Shown here piece after piece: positions 1 to 11,930 of a DNA stretch of 64,000 bases; position 1 is the stretch's first letter, and each line of letters starts with the position of its first letter. The stretch lies in contig NW_024704743.1 of the NCBI RefSeq assembly GCF_018977255.1, forward strand, positions 103,294,001-103,358,000, in the 5' to 3' direction. The notes below the pieces were generated by a model that had not been told where the DNA came from, made no database searches, and worked only from the letters and a program-made list of their open reading frames with translations. The position numbers and the translations under genes were made by a program. Source of the stretch: Callorhinchus milii. Taxonomy: Eukaryota.

Positions 1-124
1 CTCTAGCGATTGCAGCCAATGTATGCACTGCAATGTCCCTCAAACTGTTTTGGGTTTGGTTCTCCAATCAAATTCAAAAATCCCATCCAATTGGACATAC
101 TTCATATGGCTAAGTTGCTTTACT

Positions 125-360
125 GTTGGGGATGTGACAGCTGATCTGGATCCTGTCCTTATCTGATGGTCACACAGAGGGGTCAATTGCTACGAACCAG
201 AAGTTGAAAACCTGTCTGATTTTGTTTTTGCTTTTCCTCGCTCGAACTGACTAGTCCATCTGCAACAATGCTGCTCCCTTTTGCCAAACTAAGGATTGAA
301 TTTTGGACTTTATTTGCTCATTTGGTAATTACACAATTGGTTCATTTATTCACTGACCAT
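125..360 (-). mobile_element. Degraded ancient SINE relic, AmnSINE2-like
   Basis: Minus strand reads AAAATCAGACAGGTTTTC...GACCCC...GATAAGGACAGGATCCAGATCAGCTGTCACATCCCC, resembling the recalled AmnSINE2 body. Related weaker piece at about 7990-8100. Confidence 0.4.
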
Positions 361-1346
361 TTGTAGCCTCAAATTCCTCTTAATATTTTAAGGTCATGCA
401 AAATTGTAGAATTAGCCTTAATTTTGAAATCTTTTTAAGAGCTGTGGAAAACCTCTTTCCAAATGAATCATCTCATTAAAAATGCATCCTTGAAAAAGTG
501 ACCCCATTATTTATATTTTCAAACATTTAAAACAAATGGGCTCACAGGCTAAGATTAGGCTACGTTTCTAAGCTCAAGATAACTACTATGATCCAATGAT
601 AAACTGTCTAACTTCTGAAGTTTTGTTTTACATTTGTGCACCTTGTACATGGTTGTTTTTATACTTTCAATTGAGGAACATGATCCAGAATTGAACTGGT
701 AAGTGCAGTTTCCAGCAGAACCTAGCAGCACCTAGAATTCAAAAACAATATAAACGTCTAGCCGTTTGTTGTACTTCGAAGGTTGGAGCATGTGTTATTG
801 ACTGAAACACAACAAAAATAACGCCTTACACTATAGAGATATTTGTTGATCCTATGTAAGAGGCAGAATCATTGTATAGCTCTCAGAAAAACAACTTCTG
901 AGGCTTGGAACAGTAAATCATCAGTCCCTGCTTTTGCAGAATCTATTCCAGCCTGATCTGATACTTAATTTCTGTTTGTTATGACTAAACCTCTGCAGAG
1001 GGATGAACAATAAGCATTTGATGATGAAAGTGATATGAAACTCTGGAGATTCAGTGGATGAATGTTCTAACTATTATGGAAATATTTAATTGAACATGCA
1101 GCATTGAAAACATGACCCCATAGTCTATATGACTGCCTCGAAGACAAATTTGAAGAAAACCTTTTTTTCATATACAGTTAGGTTTGTTTGATCCTATATT
1201 GATCAAACACATATTTTGATTTTTTCATATTTTAATGCAGCATGTCAGTATTATCTAGTAATAAATTATTTTTGCTCTACTTTGAAAATCTGAACACTTG
1301 TGAGATAATGGTTTTGCTCTATTTGATGAGACAACTCTTCGCAATG

Positions 1347-1696
1347 TAATAATAATATAATAATACTTCCATTTGATATAGTGCCTTATCAAGTCTTCAA
1401 GATGTCTCAAGGTGCTTCACAGAATATACTGTAAAGTGAATTGATTGTATTTTGTGGCAAAATGTGGCAGCCAATTGCAAACAGTCATGGATTCACTGAC
1501 CAATTTATTATTATTATTTTTTTCATGGAATTACTACCCCCGGTAAAGCGATTCGCCAACCGACTGACAACCGGGTTCTTATTTATTGCTAGATAAACAG
1601 AGATGTGTGAAGTAAGGAAACTTGGCCAACATTTTGGCCTGCTGGGAATCAAACCCAGGTCTCTTGCTTGTTCTAAACACTGAGCTACAGGACTCC
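1347..1696 (-). mobile_element. tRNA-derived SINE, long (CORE-like-containing) form
   Basis: Minus strand GGAGTCCTGTAGCTCAGTG head with A/B boxes, body shared with about 11 other copies, (TTA)n tail. Confidence 0.9.
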
Positions 1697-2485
1697 ACAA
1701 TGTTAAACACACAAGATGTAAAAGGCTGGTATTTCAGGGCACAGTTCAGCACCGAGACAACATGCTGGGAGACTGTGTATGTGAGGGCCAGAGAGCTTCA
1801 AACCATTATTAGGGGCAGGCCAGAACTGTTAAGACAAGATTGAATCAACTCTCACTTCCTCTAACTCCTCTCATGGGACAATCATTCTAGGTTCACAGTT
1901 AGCTTCACTCATATCAGCAGATTTATAGAGATGTTAGTGATTTGAAGACTGAATGATAAACAAAGTGAACTCCACAATCGCACTGCAGCCACAGTCTAGA
2001 CCCGAACATAGCTCGATGTGGGCACAACACAGCACAACATAACACAACACAATACAACTGGGGAAATGAATGGAAAAGCTGCCTACGTGCAAGTGAGGGA
2101 TAGAGGTCTTGAACCTTTTAAGCTAAGATGTTTGGAAACGCAATGGCCTCGGACAGAGGAGAATTGTTAAGCAAGTTGTAATAAATGTCCCACGCCAACC
2201 ACTCTGTTTTGTTCTCTCGGTTCTGACTCCCGTAAAGTGGAGTCCGAGTGTTATTTTATAATTCTGGGTATCCTTTTGCGTAATATTTTATTGTATCTTA
2301 AATCAAAAATCTAATTGTGAAATAAGGTGATCCAAATATTTGCAAATAATAACCCTTGCTATTGATATTTAGTAACACTATCAACGTTATCCTTATAGGA
2401 AATATTCTTCTTTCGTGGTCGAGAGGGAAGAGGTTAGTGGAATATTTTACATTCTCTTTTAAACTTTTTATTTGTATCTACCTGA

Positions 2486-2660
2486 ATAATAATGTACATT
2501 TAAATAGCGTCCTTCATATATAATAACATCTTGGATCACTGGAAAGTGGCGGTGTTGGATACAGGGTAAGGGAGAATGCGGAAGGGACCAGAAGTACAGT
2601 CGAAGAGGTACATCTTTAGGTGGGTTTTAAAGATAGGCAAGTTGGAGGGATTGTACAGAT
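2486..2660 (-). mobile_element. Old L2 LINE 3' end
   Basis: FKTHLKMYLFD ORF2 C-terminal motif followed by an L2-type tail. Confidence 0.6.
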
Positions 2661-2704
2661 GAAATATAGCAGCAAATGGCTTGAACCACTTCACAAGATC
2701 ACTA

Positions 2705-2880
2705 TGGTATGGATGAAGAAGATCCTTCCTTCCAGAATACCCACTCCACCATTCCACCCCACCGACACCCCCCATCCCATTACAGCACTAAGCTGTTAAA
2801 CCAACCTGCTTCTTAAATGAGTCCAGTATCTTTGCCTTTATCTCCTTTCCAGGCAATCTGTTCCAGTCGTTGATTGGTTT
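2705..2880 (-). mobile_element. Old CR1-like 3' end fragment
   Basis: Shares TTAAATGAGTCCAGTATC...CAATCTGTTCCAGT with 16415-16700 and 29200-29360. Confidence 0.5.
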
Positions 2881-2924
2881 GTCACAGCAGGATGGACAAG
2901 GTGGGGAGAGAAGCTCATGCCTTA

Positions 2925-3272
2925 AATAATACTAATAATAATCCTTGCATTTCATATAGTGCCTTATCACGTATTCTAGACATCTCAAAGCGCTTCACAG
3001 AATATGCTGTAATGTGAATTCGCTGTATATTTGTGGGCAAAATGCGGCAGCCAATGTCCCACAAACAATCGTGGATTGAGTGAACAAATTATATATTTTT
3101 TTGAGGGGTTATTATCCCGGAAAATTGACTAACAACTGGGTTCCTACTTACTGCTGGGTAAACAAAGACGTGTGGAGTAAGGAAACTTACCCCACATTTC
3201 GCCCTGCCAGGAATTGAACCCACGTCTCTTGCTTGCGAGGTGAGTGTTCTAACCACTAAGCTACAGGACTCC
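2925..3272 (-). mobile_element. tRNA-derived SINE, long form
   Basis: Full head-body-tail, homologous to 1347-1696. Confidence 0.9.
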
Positions 3273-4550
3273 AATATGCTTTAATTACACCTCAAAACGT
3301 CAGATTTAACATCCCCAATTCAATCTTCAGTTTGGGCTGACAATTGATCACCTTCTTTCGGATCACAATCACCCCAAATCCTGTATATTTTGTGAAGTTA
3401 GATAAGTTTTTTAAAAAGCGCTGTACCAATTGTAAGGATTATTTGAACACTGAACATTTCAGTATCAATTCTATGCAGATTAGACATGTCTTTCTGAAGA
3501 ATTATATAGATTTACATAAAATGTTACAGTACAAAAACATGCCACTTTTTATAACTAGTCCATGCCAGCATTTAAACACATGAGCTTCCACCCTCCTAAT
3601 CCCATCAAACATACTTCTTCCTCATTTATTTGTTAAGTTACCTCGTGAAAATGTTCATGCTTTTTGCTTCTGGAAGTGAGTTCCACATTATCACCACTCT
3701 TTCTCCTCAAAGAAATTACTCCAAAACTCCCTTTAAAATCTGCTATAGCTATCTTCCTTTTTTCACGTTATAGTCTTGCTAACAAATTGACCCAGTCTAT
3801 TAATGCCCGCTGTACCAAATCCTTTCAGAATATTAAACACGTCTATCAGGTCTCTTCTCAAACGTCTACTCATCTGCAGTGAGATCATCTCTCCAAAATC
3901 TCAAGCTTCTGTGGATGGTAATTAATTTTCATAAACCTGTCAAAGCAATCTTTAAACAAAATATGAAGAATTGTTTTCTAGTCAGATTTTGGAGCCAGAT
4001 TTCTAGATGGTGTTACGTAAAGTATCGCATTGACATTCAGCACTGTCTGTATTTATTATTCTTCAGCCTACTGAAAATTCAATAGAAGTCTGTAAAGGCT
4101 TAATAAAACTTCTCAGAATTTTAAGCAGACCCTCATGACTTTGAATTTCATTTTTTTGAACAAGTGTGTTGTGTTGATCAGTTAATTTTGGATTAAAAAA
4201 ACTAAAATAATGCCATTTGCACAGATATTAAAACTACTGCTACAACAAAGAACTAATTTAGTCTCTTAAAAACTTTAGATCAAAAAGAAATATCTAAAAA
4301 AAAATCATCAAAGCACTGATCAGCATCAGAGCAATGCTCATTCTTTACATAAAGATCACAAATATTGTCATAACTGTGAAAAAACACTCTAAAACAAAAA
4401 TAAAATTGTCTGCAACAGCTACTAATATGTCATTTCATATAGCCCGAATATACTTGTGAACAGATTTTTAATTTGAATTATATTAGAATCTGCAATAATT
4501 CCTCTCATAAAAATGGCTCCGTCACCAAGTTGGCAGTAACTATATTTAGG

Positions 4551-4975
4551 TGTCAGCCAGGCTCCATCGACAGCACTCACACCTCTGAGTCAGAAGGTTG
4601 CGAGTTCAAGCTTCACGTGATTGAGCTCATAGTCTAGGTTAGCACTCCAATAGTCTTAGGAATGTGCTGCAGTGTTGGAGGTACATATCTTCGGATGAGA
4701 CACTAATATCTTAGGTCCATCTACCTATTCTAATATAATTTGAATTATATTAGAATCTGCAATAATTTCAAAGACTTCAAAGATCCCATTGCACTTCATG
4801 AAAAAAGATAACAATTCCCCCCGATAAAACCCATTTCATAGCGTTTTGTGGGATATTGCTGTGCAAAAAAACAGGCTGCTGTGTTCGCCTTCAATACACA
4901 GTCACCACTTTTTACAATAAATCTTGTGAGTGCTTTGAGACATCCTCCGATGCAAATAAACTATATTGAATGCTA
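4551..4975 (+). mobile_element. Old Deu-domain SINE (SacSINE1/AmnSINE1-like)
   Basis: TGTCAGCC head, CCTCTGAGTCAGAAGGTTGCGAGTTCAAG B-box region, Deu motif GTGCTGCAGTGTTGGAGGT...TCGGATGAGAC, L2-like tail. Confidence 0.75.
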
Positions 4976-5164
4976 TATTGCAACAACTATTATTCAGTTT
5001 CTTGTGTTTAATAAGTTAATTCTATCAATGCAAATGTCCCTAAATCATGACTGTAAAATATTTAAGATTTTAGTAGTTAAATATTTGGTAGGGAAACTGA
5101 AAAAAACAAAAATCTTTGTGACCAAACAAATACATTTATTTTCTCGATAGACTCCACAAGATGT

Positions 5165-5620
5165 AAATTAGACTGCAGCTGGAATATTGTGAGTAGTTTT
5201 GTACAACTTAATCCAAGGAGGCCATCAAAGCCATGGAGAGAGGGTGCAGACTAGATTCATTGAGACAATACCCGGCCATGAGAGGCTTAAGTGATGAACA
5301 AAGTTATTAAAAAAAAAGGCTGTAAACAACAGAGCAGGGAATACTGCAAGGAGATCTAAAAGAAGCATTCACAATGATGAAAGAGTTTGTGAAGAGAAGG
5401 TTGAAAAATTACTTTTACTGGTTTGTTGTCTGAAAAAAGCATACTTCCAGATTATGACTGGAAATATGAATGGAATAGATTAGATGCATCATTTGTATGT
5501 GAAACACATTACTACAAATGGCTTTTGATGCCAAGTACATTATGTAATTTAAAAGGGAATTAGATAAATACTTGAATAAAATGGTTTGGGATTAAAGCAG
5601 GAAAACAATCTCAGGTAACA
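5165..5620 (+). mobile_element. Old CR1 LINE 3' fragment
   Basis: Degenerate RPQLEYC...ALERVQ.RF...IPGMRGL...GDL.E.F RT C-terminus with frameshifts; homologous to 21277-22675. Confidence 0.7.
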
Positions 5621-6594
5621 TGCTACAACATCACAATGTGTACAGTGCTGAATTATAATGATGTAATTTAATGCGAAAAATGTCAAAAAAATATTGTGTT
5701 AAGAAACACTCCTGAACAAATTACTTAATGTTTTGCTCTGAGACCTATTGCACTATCATAGATTTAATTGATCTTTAATTCTTCTATTCAGTGGTTCCTA
5801 ATAAAATCACAGGAAAAGTGTACATCATTGCTTCGGGAGGAGATATCAAGAAATATTTGTAAACTAAGGTATCCACTGTATTTTTATTTTTTGACTTAAT
5901 TTAAAAATGTCTTTAACCTTTATTTCTGCACACATTATGTACAGCAGGTTATTGTTGCAAAGAAATGCTTCGTTGTCAACAAATGGGATTAAGTGAATGA
6001 TCAATACTGTAAATTGAAAACATTCTCCAACTGGTCCCACTTACTTTTACAAGTGGGATGGTTATTGATGACATATTCTTTAGGAAATACCCATTTTTCC
6101 CATTTTTTTTGTGAAGAGGCTCACTAGGATTGGTACTGGCTCAAAGCACACAACAGCATTGCATAAAACCATTTTGTTCACTCCAACACTACAGAATACT
6201 GATTCAAGTATATCTGTTGCTCTCTGGTATATTTTTACGCTGCTGTGTTATTTATTTTCGTAATCAAAAACATTGAGTTGGAACAGGTATGGGCTTTGAA
6301 ATCAATTGGATTTCTTTTGTAGTTACTTTGAGGATATAACCATAGAAAATCATATCATCAGCAGCTCTTCAAATCCTGCAGTATAACAACAGCACTTACC
6401 TGCAGGCCAGTCGTTAAAGCGCACAAGATTGTCCCAAACTGTCTCAAACTCTATGTATCAAAACGTTAAACTGGATTTTGCTTGCAATACAAAAGACCTT
6501 TGCAATACATGTGCTGACAGTATGGAGACAAAGTGATTTAAAATACAACCAAATCTTTTACGAAAAATACTTGATTGTCAGAGCCAGATTGATG

Positions 6595-6930
6595 ATTGAT
6601 AATTATCAGCGGCTTTTGGGAAAATTCATGGAATCTCTTCATAACATGTTCAATATACTGTTGGCTCAGGTATCATGTTAACTTGAAGTACTATGTTGGT
6701 GTATATATCTGGCTGTCTGGCTTCCTATTGATAATTGACAATGTTATCAATTATCAGTCCCAGATGGCTAATTATTGATAATTATCAGCATCAAATTATT
6801 AATTGTCAATAACCATCAAATGTTGGGGAAATTCATTGGAACATCCTCATAACATGCTTCAGTATATTGTGGGCTCGGATATAATGCTAACATGAAGTAC
6901 TATGTTGGACTATCTTTCTGGCTTCCTCTG
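6595..6930. repeat. Degenerate local duplication (two units of about 120-150 bp) with TGATAATTATCA palindromes
   Basis: GGGAAAATTCATGGAA...CATAACATG...TGAAGTACTATGTTGG...TCTGGCTTCCT occurs at about 6615-6727 and 6822-6928. Confidence 0.8.
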
Positions 6931-7129
6931 CAGGGTGATTAGGAACAGTAAGACCCAGAAATGTAACAAACAATCTTGGAATGAGTAGCCACTATATAAT
7001 ACAGCCCACTTAGACCCCCTCCAACTATCATGTTATAATTGGTATGTATGTGTGAGTGTGTGCTTGTACGTGTGGGGGGTTTGGGGGTAGGATCACTGAG
7101 CTGACATGCTTGGCAACAAAACAGGAGAA

Positions 7130-7225
7130 TCAACCCTCAATCAAGGTGCTGGTAACGCAGTTTTAAGTGCTCCGAGACGCTGGCCTGTCTGAAGGGTGTG
7201 ATGTAAATGCAAGTTGTTGTTGATG
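7130..7225 (+). mobile_element. L2 3' terminus fragment
   Basis: TTAAGTGCTCCGAGACGCT...AAATGCAAGTTGTTGTTG matches the ends at 28968 and 53922. Confidence 0.6.
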
Positions 7226-7629
7226 TTTGGGAATCAAACAGCTCTGCAATGCTTCAGGTTACTCCTGGGGAAAGATTAGCCAAGCCTGGTTCAGCAGCAG
7301 AACCTGGAAGGAAAACTAGTGATTTGGAGCAAGGATTCTTCCCTCTTTATCTCCTGTTAACACTGCAAGCCCAAACCCCAACGGGTAGGGTGATCCTAGC
7401 AGGATGAGCAGCAGGAAGTTTGCCAGTCAAGCTCTCAATGGGAAGCAACATGTTTCTATCTGGTAAAATTCCAGTGGTAACAGAAGACGGTCTCAGTGGT
7501 TCCACAAGCCTAGGCTCTTGTCAGTCTTTGCCAAATACTATGTTATTAGGTAGGAAAGCTGTATTCCTCTAGGAAGAGAGTATGTTTTCCAGACATAGGA
7601 GAATTTCCATTTGCAGGTGACATATATAT

Positions 7630-7745
7630 GTGCATTCGCCCACAAAATATCCAGTCAATTCACTTTACAGTATAATCTGTGCAGTGCTGTGAGTCGTCTC
7701 AAAGAAGCAATAAGGTGCTACATCAAATGCAAGGATGATGATTAT
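7630..7745 (+). mobile_element. SINE 3' tail fragment
   Basis: TTCGCCCACAAAATAT.CAGTCAATTCACTTTACAG...ATCAAATGCAAGGAT. Confidence 0.75.
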
Positions 7746-9633
7746 ATGTGGAACTCTCTGTCCCATATATGGTTAAACATGGTGATGGTTTCGGTATGAG
7801 TCAGACAATTGTCTGACCCCCCCCAAAAAAAAACAGGGAGTTGAGAGCACCTTCCTGTATCACCTTAATTCAACTTGAGTTCACGAAAGCTGAGGTAAAC
7901 TGGTGGTCGGTGAATGGGAATTGAAATGCCTAGGATCCCTGCAAGGGCAGGTTCAAAAGCACCACCAGCCAGCTCAGTAGCTATAGCAATAGGTTTTCAG
8001 TAACACTAACCCAACTCTTTCATCACTAACATCTATTCACATAGGTTATTAAGTAGGGATTCGTGCACAGTGAGGAGCAGAGACACTGGCTTATTTCATC
8101 TTCTTCTTGGCTTAATCTTCAATCACGTTTTACTCAAGAATTCATTTTTTTTGCAGTACTTAAAAAGAAACCAGCTTCTAAAGTAGAAGGCATTTAAATA
8201 TTTTCTATAGTTTGGGCTAATCTTAGATTTTAAGGTAAAATAGTCTTACAAGCTAAATCTAGGTGCAATTTGACACCAGTATTATGTGTTGTGCTGCTCA
8301 TCACTGGCGACATTCCATTAGCAATTATCACCGGAGATAATTAGCACAACATCAAACATTCTCTGATTTGATTTTGGGCAAAGCCACTTCAACTTCTGCA
8401 CAATGATAAGCCCAAAGCTGGTTGACACCATTTTAGAGAATCATTGCATTGTTATACACTCCATAAGGAGTAAAAAAAATGGGAAAAGTATGCAGTTGCA
8501 GTTATACTGAAAAGCAGCTGCAATTATCGAGACTCTTCACTGGGTGACTGTTGCTGTAGGTGCCACAAAGCAAGCTTCCACTACAAAAGCTGACAGCTAT
8601 GAAGTATGCTCTCAGCACCCACAGATATCTTGTTACCATGGCAATCGTGGTGTTACTCAATCGCACTCCACAAGAAAGTGAGAGAAACTACCACACTCCA
8701 GAACTTAAAAATCAGGATTTTGTTTTTTTTCCAATTTTTAACCTACGTGACTTGAAACTAAAGCATGTGCATTACACAGACAGAATGGCTCATTGCAAAT
8801 TGTTGAATAAGATGAAGGACACCTGCAACTCAGGGTTGTCAGTTGTAAATTGCGCAGTCTCCTTTACACATGAATACAACCAGGGTGCCAAAGAATAACT
8901 TGGATAAAAGGGCTGCCTCCAGGCTGTTGAATTAAAGAACTTGCTTCTGTTAACTTGACGAAGGGTCCAAATTAAATGTTTACATTTCCTACAATACAAG
9001 CTGAAGTTCTCGTAAGTAGAAACTAGGGAGACATCTTCAAAAGGCTTTGAATACATACTGGAAGCTCATCTGATATATACAGCAACAAGTCTTACCTCCA
9101 AACTGAAAGCTAAGAAATATCCTCAAAGGTTTTTATTGACGCATGCAGAAGCCCATCACCATGCCAGACCAGTATTCAATCCAGACAGAGTTCCATGCAT
9201 CCCACCTACACATAGAAATCCATGTGTTTTGAATAGAATGTGCACTCTCTCCCAAGAGGGACTTATCTTGCTTACCTAATTTCAGAGAGAATAAGGTGCA
9301 GTTTGCTAAGAGCTAAGGCTTGGAGACCTCAAATAATGCAATGGGGTACTGCTAGAGCTTACCCAGCTAAAACCGTACATTTTGCCATCAAAAGCACGAC
9401 TTGGCAAGCTTTCTGCTGTTCGTCCTGCTTCTACCCTGCTAATGTTTGGGCTTTGGTTAGCAAAATTAACAGGATCTGAAGGTGAAAAATCTCTGCCCCC
9501 CCTATGCACTATGCACCTGCGTGTATAGGCTGGGTGATCTGGCATCAGCAGTGCTGTTGATTAGATACAAGAACTCTGGGACCCAACCTTGCGTGAGGGG
9601 CGATATATAAATGCAAGCTATTGTTCTTGAGTA

Positions 9634-10205
9634 TTTCTACCCTAACCCCCTCTTCCCCTCTCTCTCTCCCCCTCTTCCTCTCTCTCTCTCCCCCTCTTCC
9701 CCTCTCTCTCTCACCTCTTTCCCTCTCTCTTTCCCTCTCTCTCCCCCCTCTTTCCCTCTCTCGCCCCCCTCTTTCCCTCTCTCTCCCTCTTTCCCTCTCT
9801 CCTCCTTCTCCCCCCCCTTCCCTCTCTCTCCTCATTCTTTTTCTTCTCATCTTCCCCTTTCTCTCCCTGCTCTTCTCTCTCTCTCCCCCAGTCTTCCCCT
9901 CTCTCTCCCCACTCTTGCCCCTTTCTCGCCCCTCTCTTGCCCTCTCTCTCCCCACTGCTCCCCATTCTCTCCCCCTCTCTCTCCTCCCTTTTCCCTTCTT
10001 CTACTCTCTCTCCCCCCTCATTCCCTCTCTCTTCCCCCTCCTCCCCTCTCTCTTCCCCCTGTTCCCCTCTCTCTCCCCCATCCCCCTGTTCCCCTCTCTC
10101 TCCCCCATCCCCGTTCCCCTCTCTCTCCCCCATCTTTCCTTCTGTCCACCCCCTCTTCCGCTCTCTCCCCACTCTTTCCCTCTTTCTTCCCACTCTCTCA
10201 CCCCT
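9634..10205. repeat. Polypyrimidine/polypurine low-complexity tract of about 570 bp
   Basis: Almost exclusively C/T on plus, built of CCCTCTCTCT and CCCC-type units. Confidence 0.95.
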
Positions 10206-10325
10206 GCTTCGCCCATAAATATACAGTTAATTCACTTTAGTCTATTCTGTGAAGCACTTTGAGACGTCTAGAAGACATGAAAAAGCACTATATCAAATGC
10301 AAGGATTATTATCATTATTATTATT
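10206..10325 (+). mobile_element. SINE 3' tail fragment
   Basis: TTCGCCCATAAATATACAG...GAGACGTCTAGAAGACATGAAAAAGCACTATATCAAATGCAAGGATTATT. Confidence 0.85.
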
Positions 10326-11621
10326 GCATTGATACAAAAAGGACAGCATTTTTCTCTTTTTAAGTACACATCTGCTTAAAATAACATTAATTCACAGCCG
10401 AAGCTTGAAAGGCATGTTATGTCCTTTTGCTGAAATCATCAGTAACTTGCAGAAAAAAGAAAAGAAGCTTGTGCAAAACCTTTAAAACCTACAAAGTACA
10501 TTATAGATATTATTGCATAGATTTGGTGATAATTTCCTCCTCCCCCAACAAAACTGAAATAATATTACTTCTTGTGAATGCTTTGAGCTGTTGTGGCTGT
10601 TTGAATTTTCACTCACCTCCCTCACATACTCTGTTCCTTTCTTCAGAGACTATGGGGTAAATTTTGTGGTATTCCTTCCTAATTAAGGTTGAGGGTAATT
10701 AGCTGAATTAGAAAAGTGATGTTGCTCACACACAATGTGTTGTAACATCATGACTGCTTTTTGCATTCACTTTAAATTATAATAAGATGTCCTGTGAAAT
10801 CCTATGCATTTAAATGTTCCTTCCTTATTCATGTAATTCTTCTAGTCTTTTTGGGGGGAAACGTGTAACATTCAATTAGTTAAACCTTACCGACCAAAAA
10901 TATCAAGCACCATTTTAAAGGCTCTGATATGTTGGCCACAAACAAAGTGACCTGGCTACAGTGTTTACATGAAAGAAGCAGAAAATTCCCAACTTTCCAT
11001 TAATGATTACAGGGTTTTGCACAACATTAGGCAGCAAATATGCGTGAGAAATCGAAATCCCGAAATGAAGATTTATTTGAAGTTTTATTAATGAACTGTT
11101 GAAGGAATTTACAAAGGACAGGAGGAGATTAGTACTTCAACGGAAATGAAGAAAACAAAATAGCTAACAGTCATCTATTGTGGTGCTTGAGAAACAGTGT
11201 AGCATTCTCCATATACATCAGACTAAATTCTCAATAAAAGATTTCAAATTATTTGTTTTAATGCTCTGAATGACACTTATCCTGTGCCTTCTCCACAATG
11301 ATTAACATTATTGACAATAATACAAAAAAAAGGCAAATGTTTTTTGTGTTTAAAGTGTCTCAGACACAAATAAGAAGAGGAACAATAGTATGTAATTAGA
11401 CCATAGATGAGCTAATCCTAGTTTGAGTTTGATGGGCCAAATGGCCACCTCCTAAACTATTTTGGGGGATTCAATGATTCCAGGTTGTTCTGGGGAGTTG
11501 CATCAATGCTGGTGAATTGAGCATTTTCTACATTTACTGTACTTATCACAAAACAAAGCTCACTCTACTTTGTTTCAGCAATGTGCCTTAACACCACATT
11601 CAAAATATCAATATCCTTAAT

Positions 11622-11930
11622 TGTTACATTTTGGTATGCTTTCACATTGGGAGGATGCCCTAAAGAGCTTCATAAGATATACTGTAAATTGCTTTGTGGG
11701 TGAACTCGGCAGCCAATTTGTGCATAGAAATGTCTCACAAACTGCCATGGTCAACAATTTTAGGCCAGGATACCAGGAGAAACGGGAACTTGGTTTAATG
11801 TCTCATCCGAAGGATGGACCTCCGAAGGAAGGACCTCCAACAATGCAGCACAATCCCAGACTATGACATGGGGCTTGAACTCACAACCATCTGACTCAGA
11901 GGCAAGAGTGCTACCACCTGAACCAGCCAG
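11622..11930 (-). mobile_element. Old Deu-domain SINE with internal deletions
   Basis: Plus strand GGTTTAATGTCTCATCCGAAGGA (Deu) and CTTGAACTCACAACCATCTGACTCAGAGGCAAGAGTGCTACC (head). Confidence 0.75.

Noticed and set aside
9545..10262. Long ORFs rich in E/R/G or P/L/S
   Set aside because: Stop-free reading of the C/T low-complexity tract in many frames; no splice or domain evidence.
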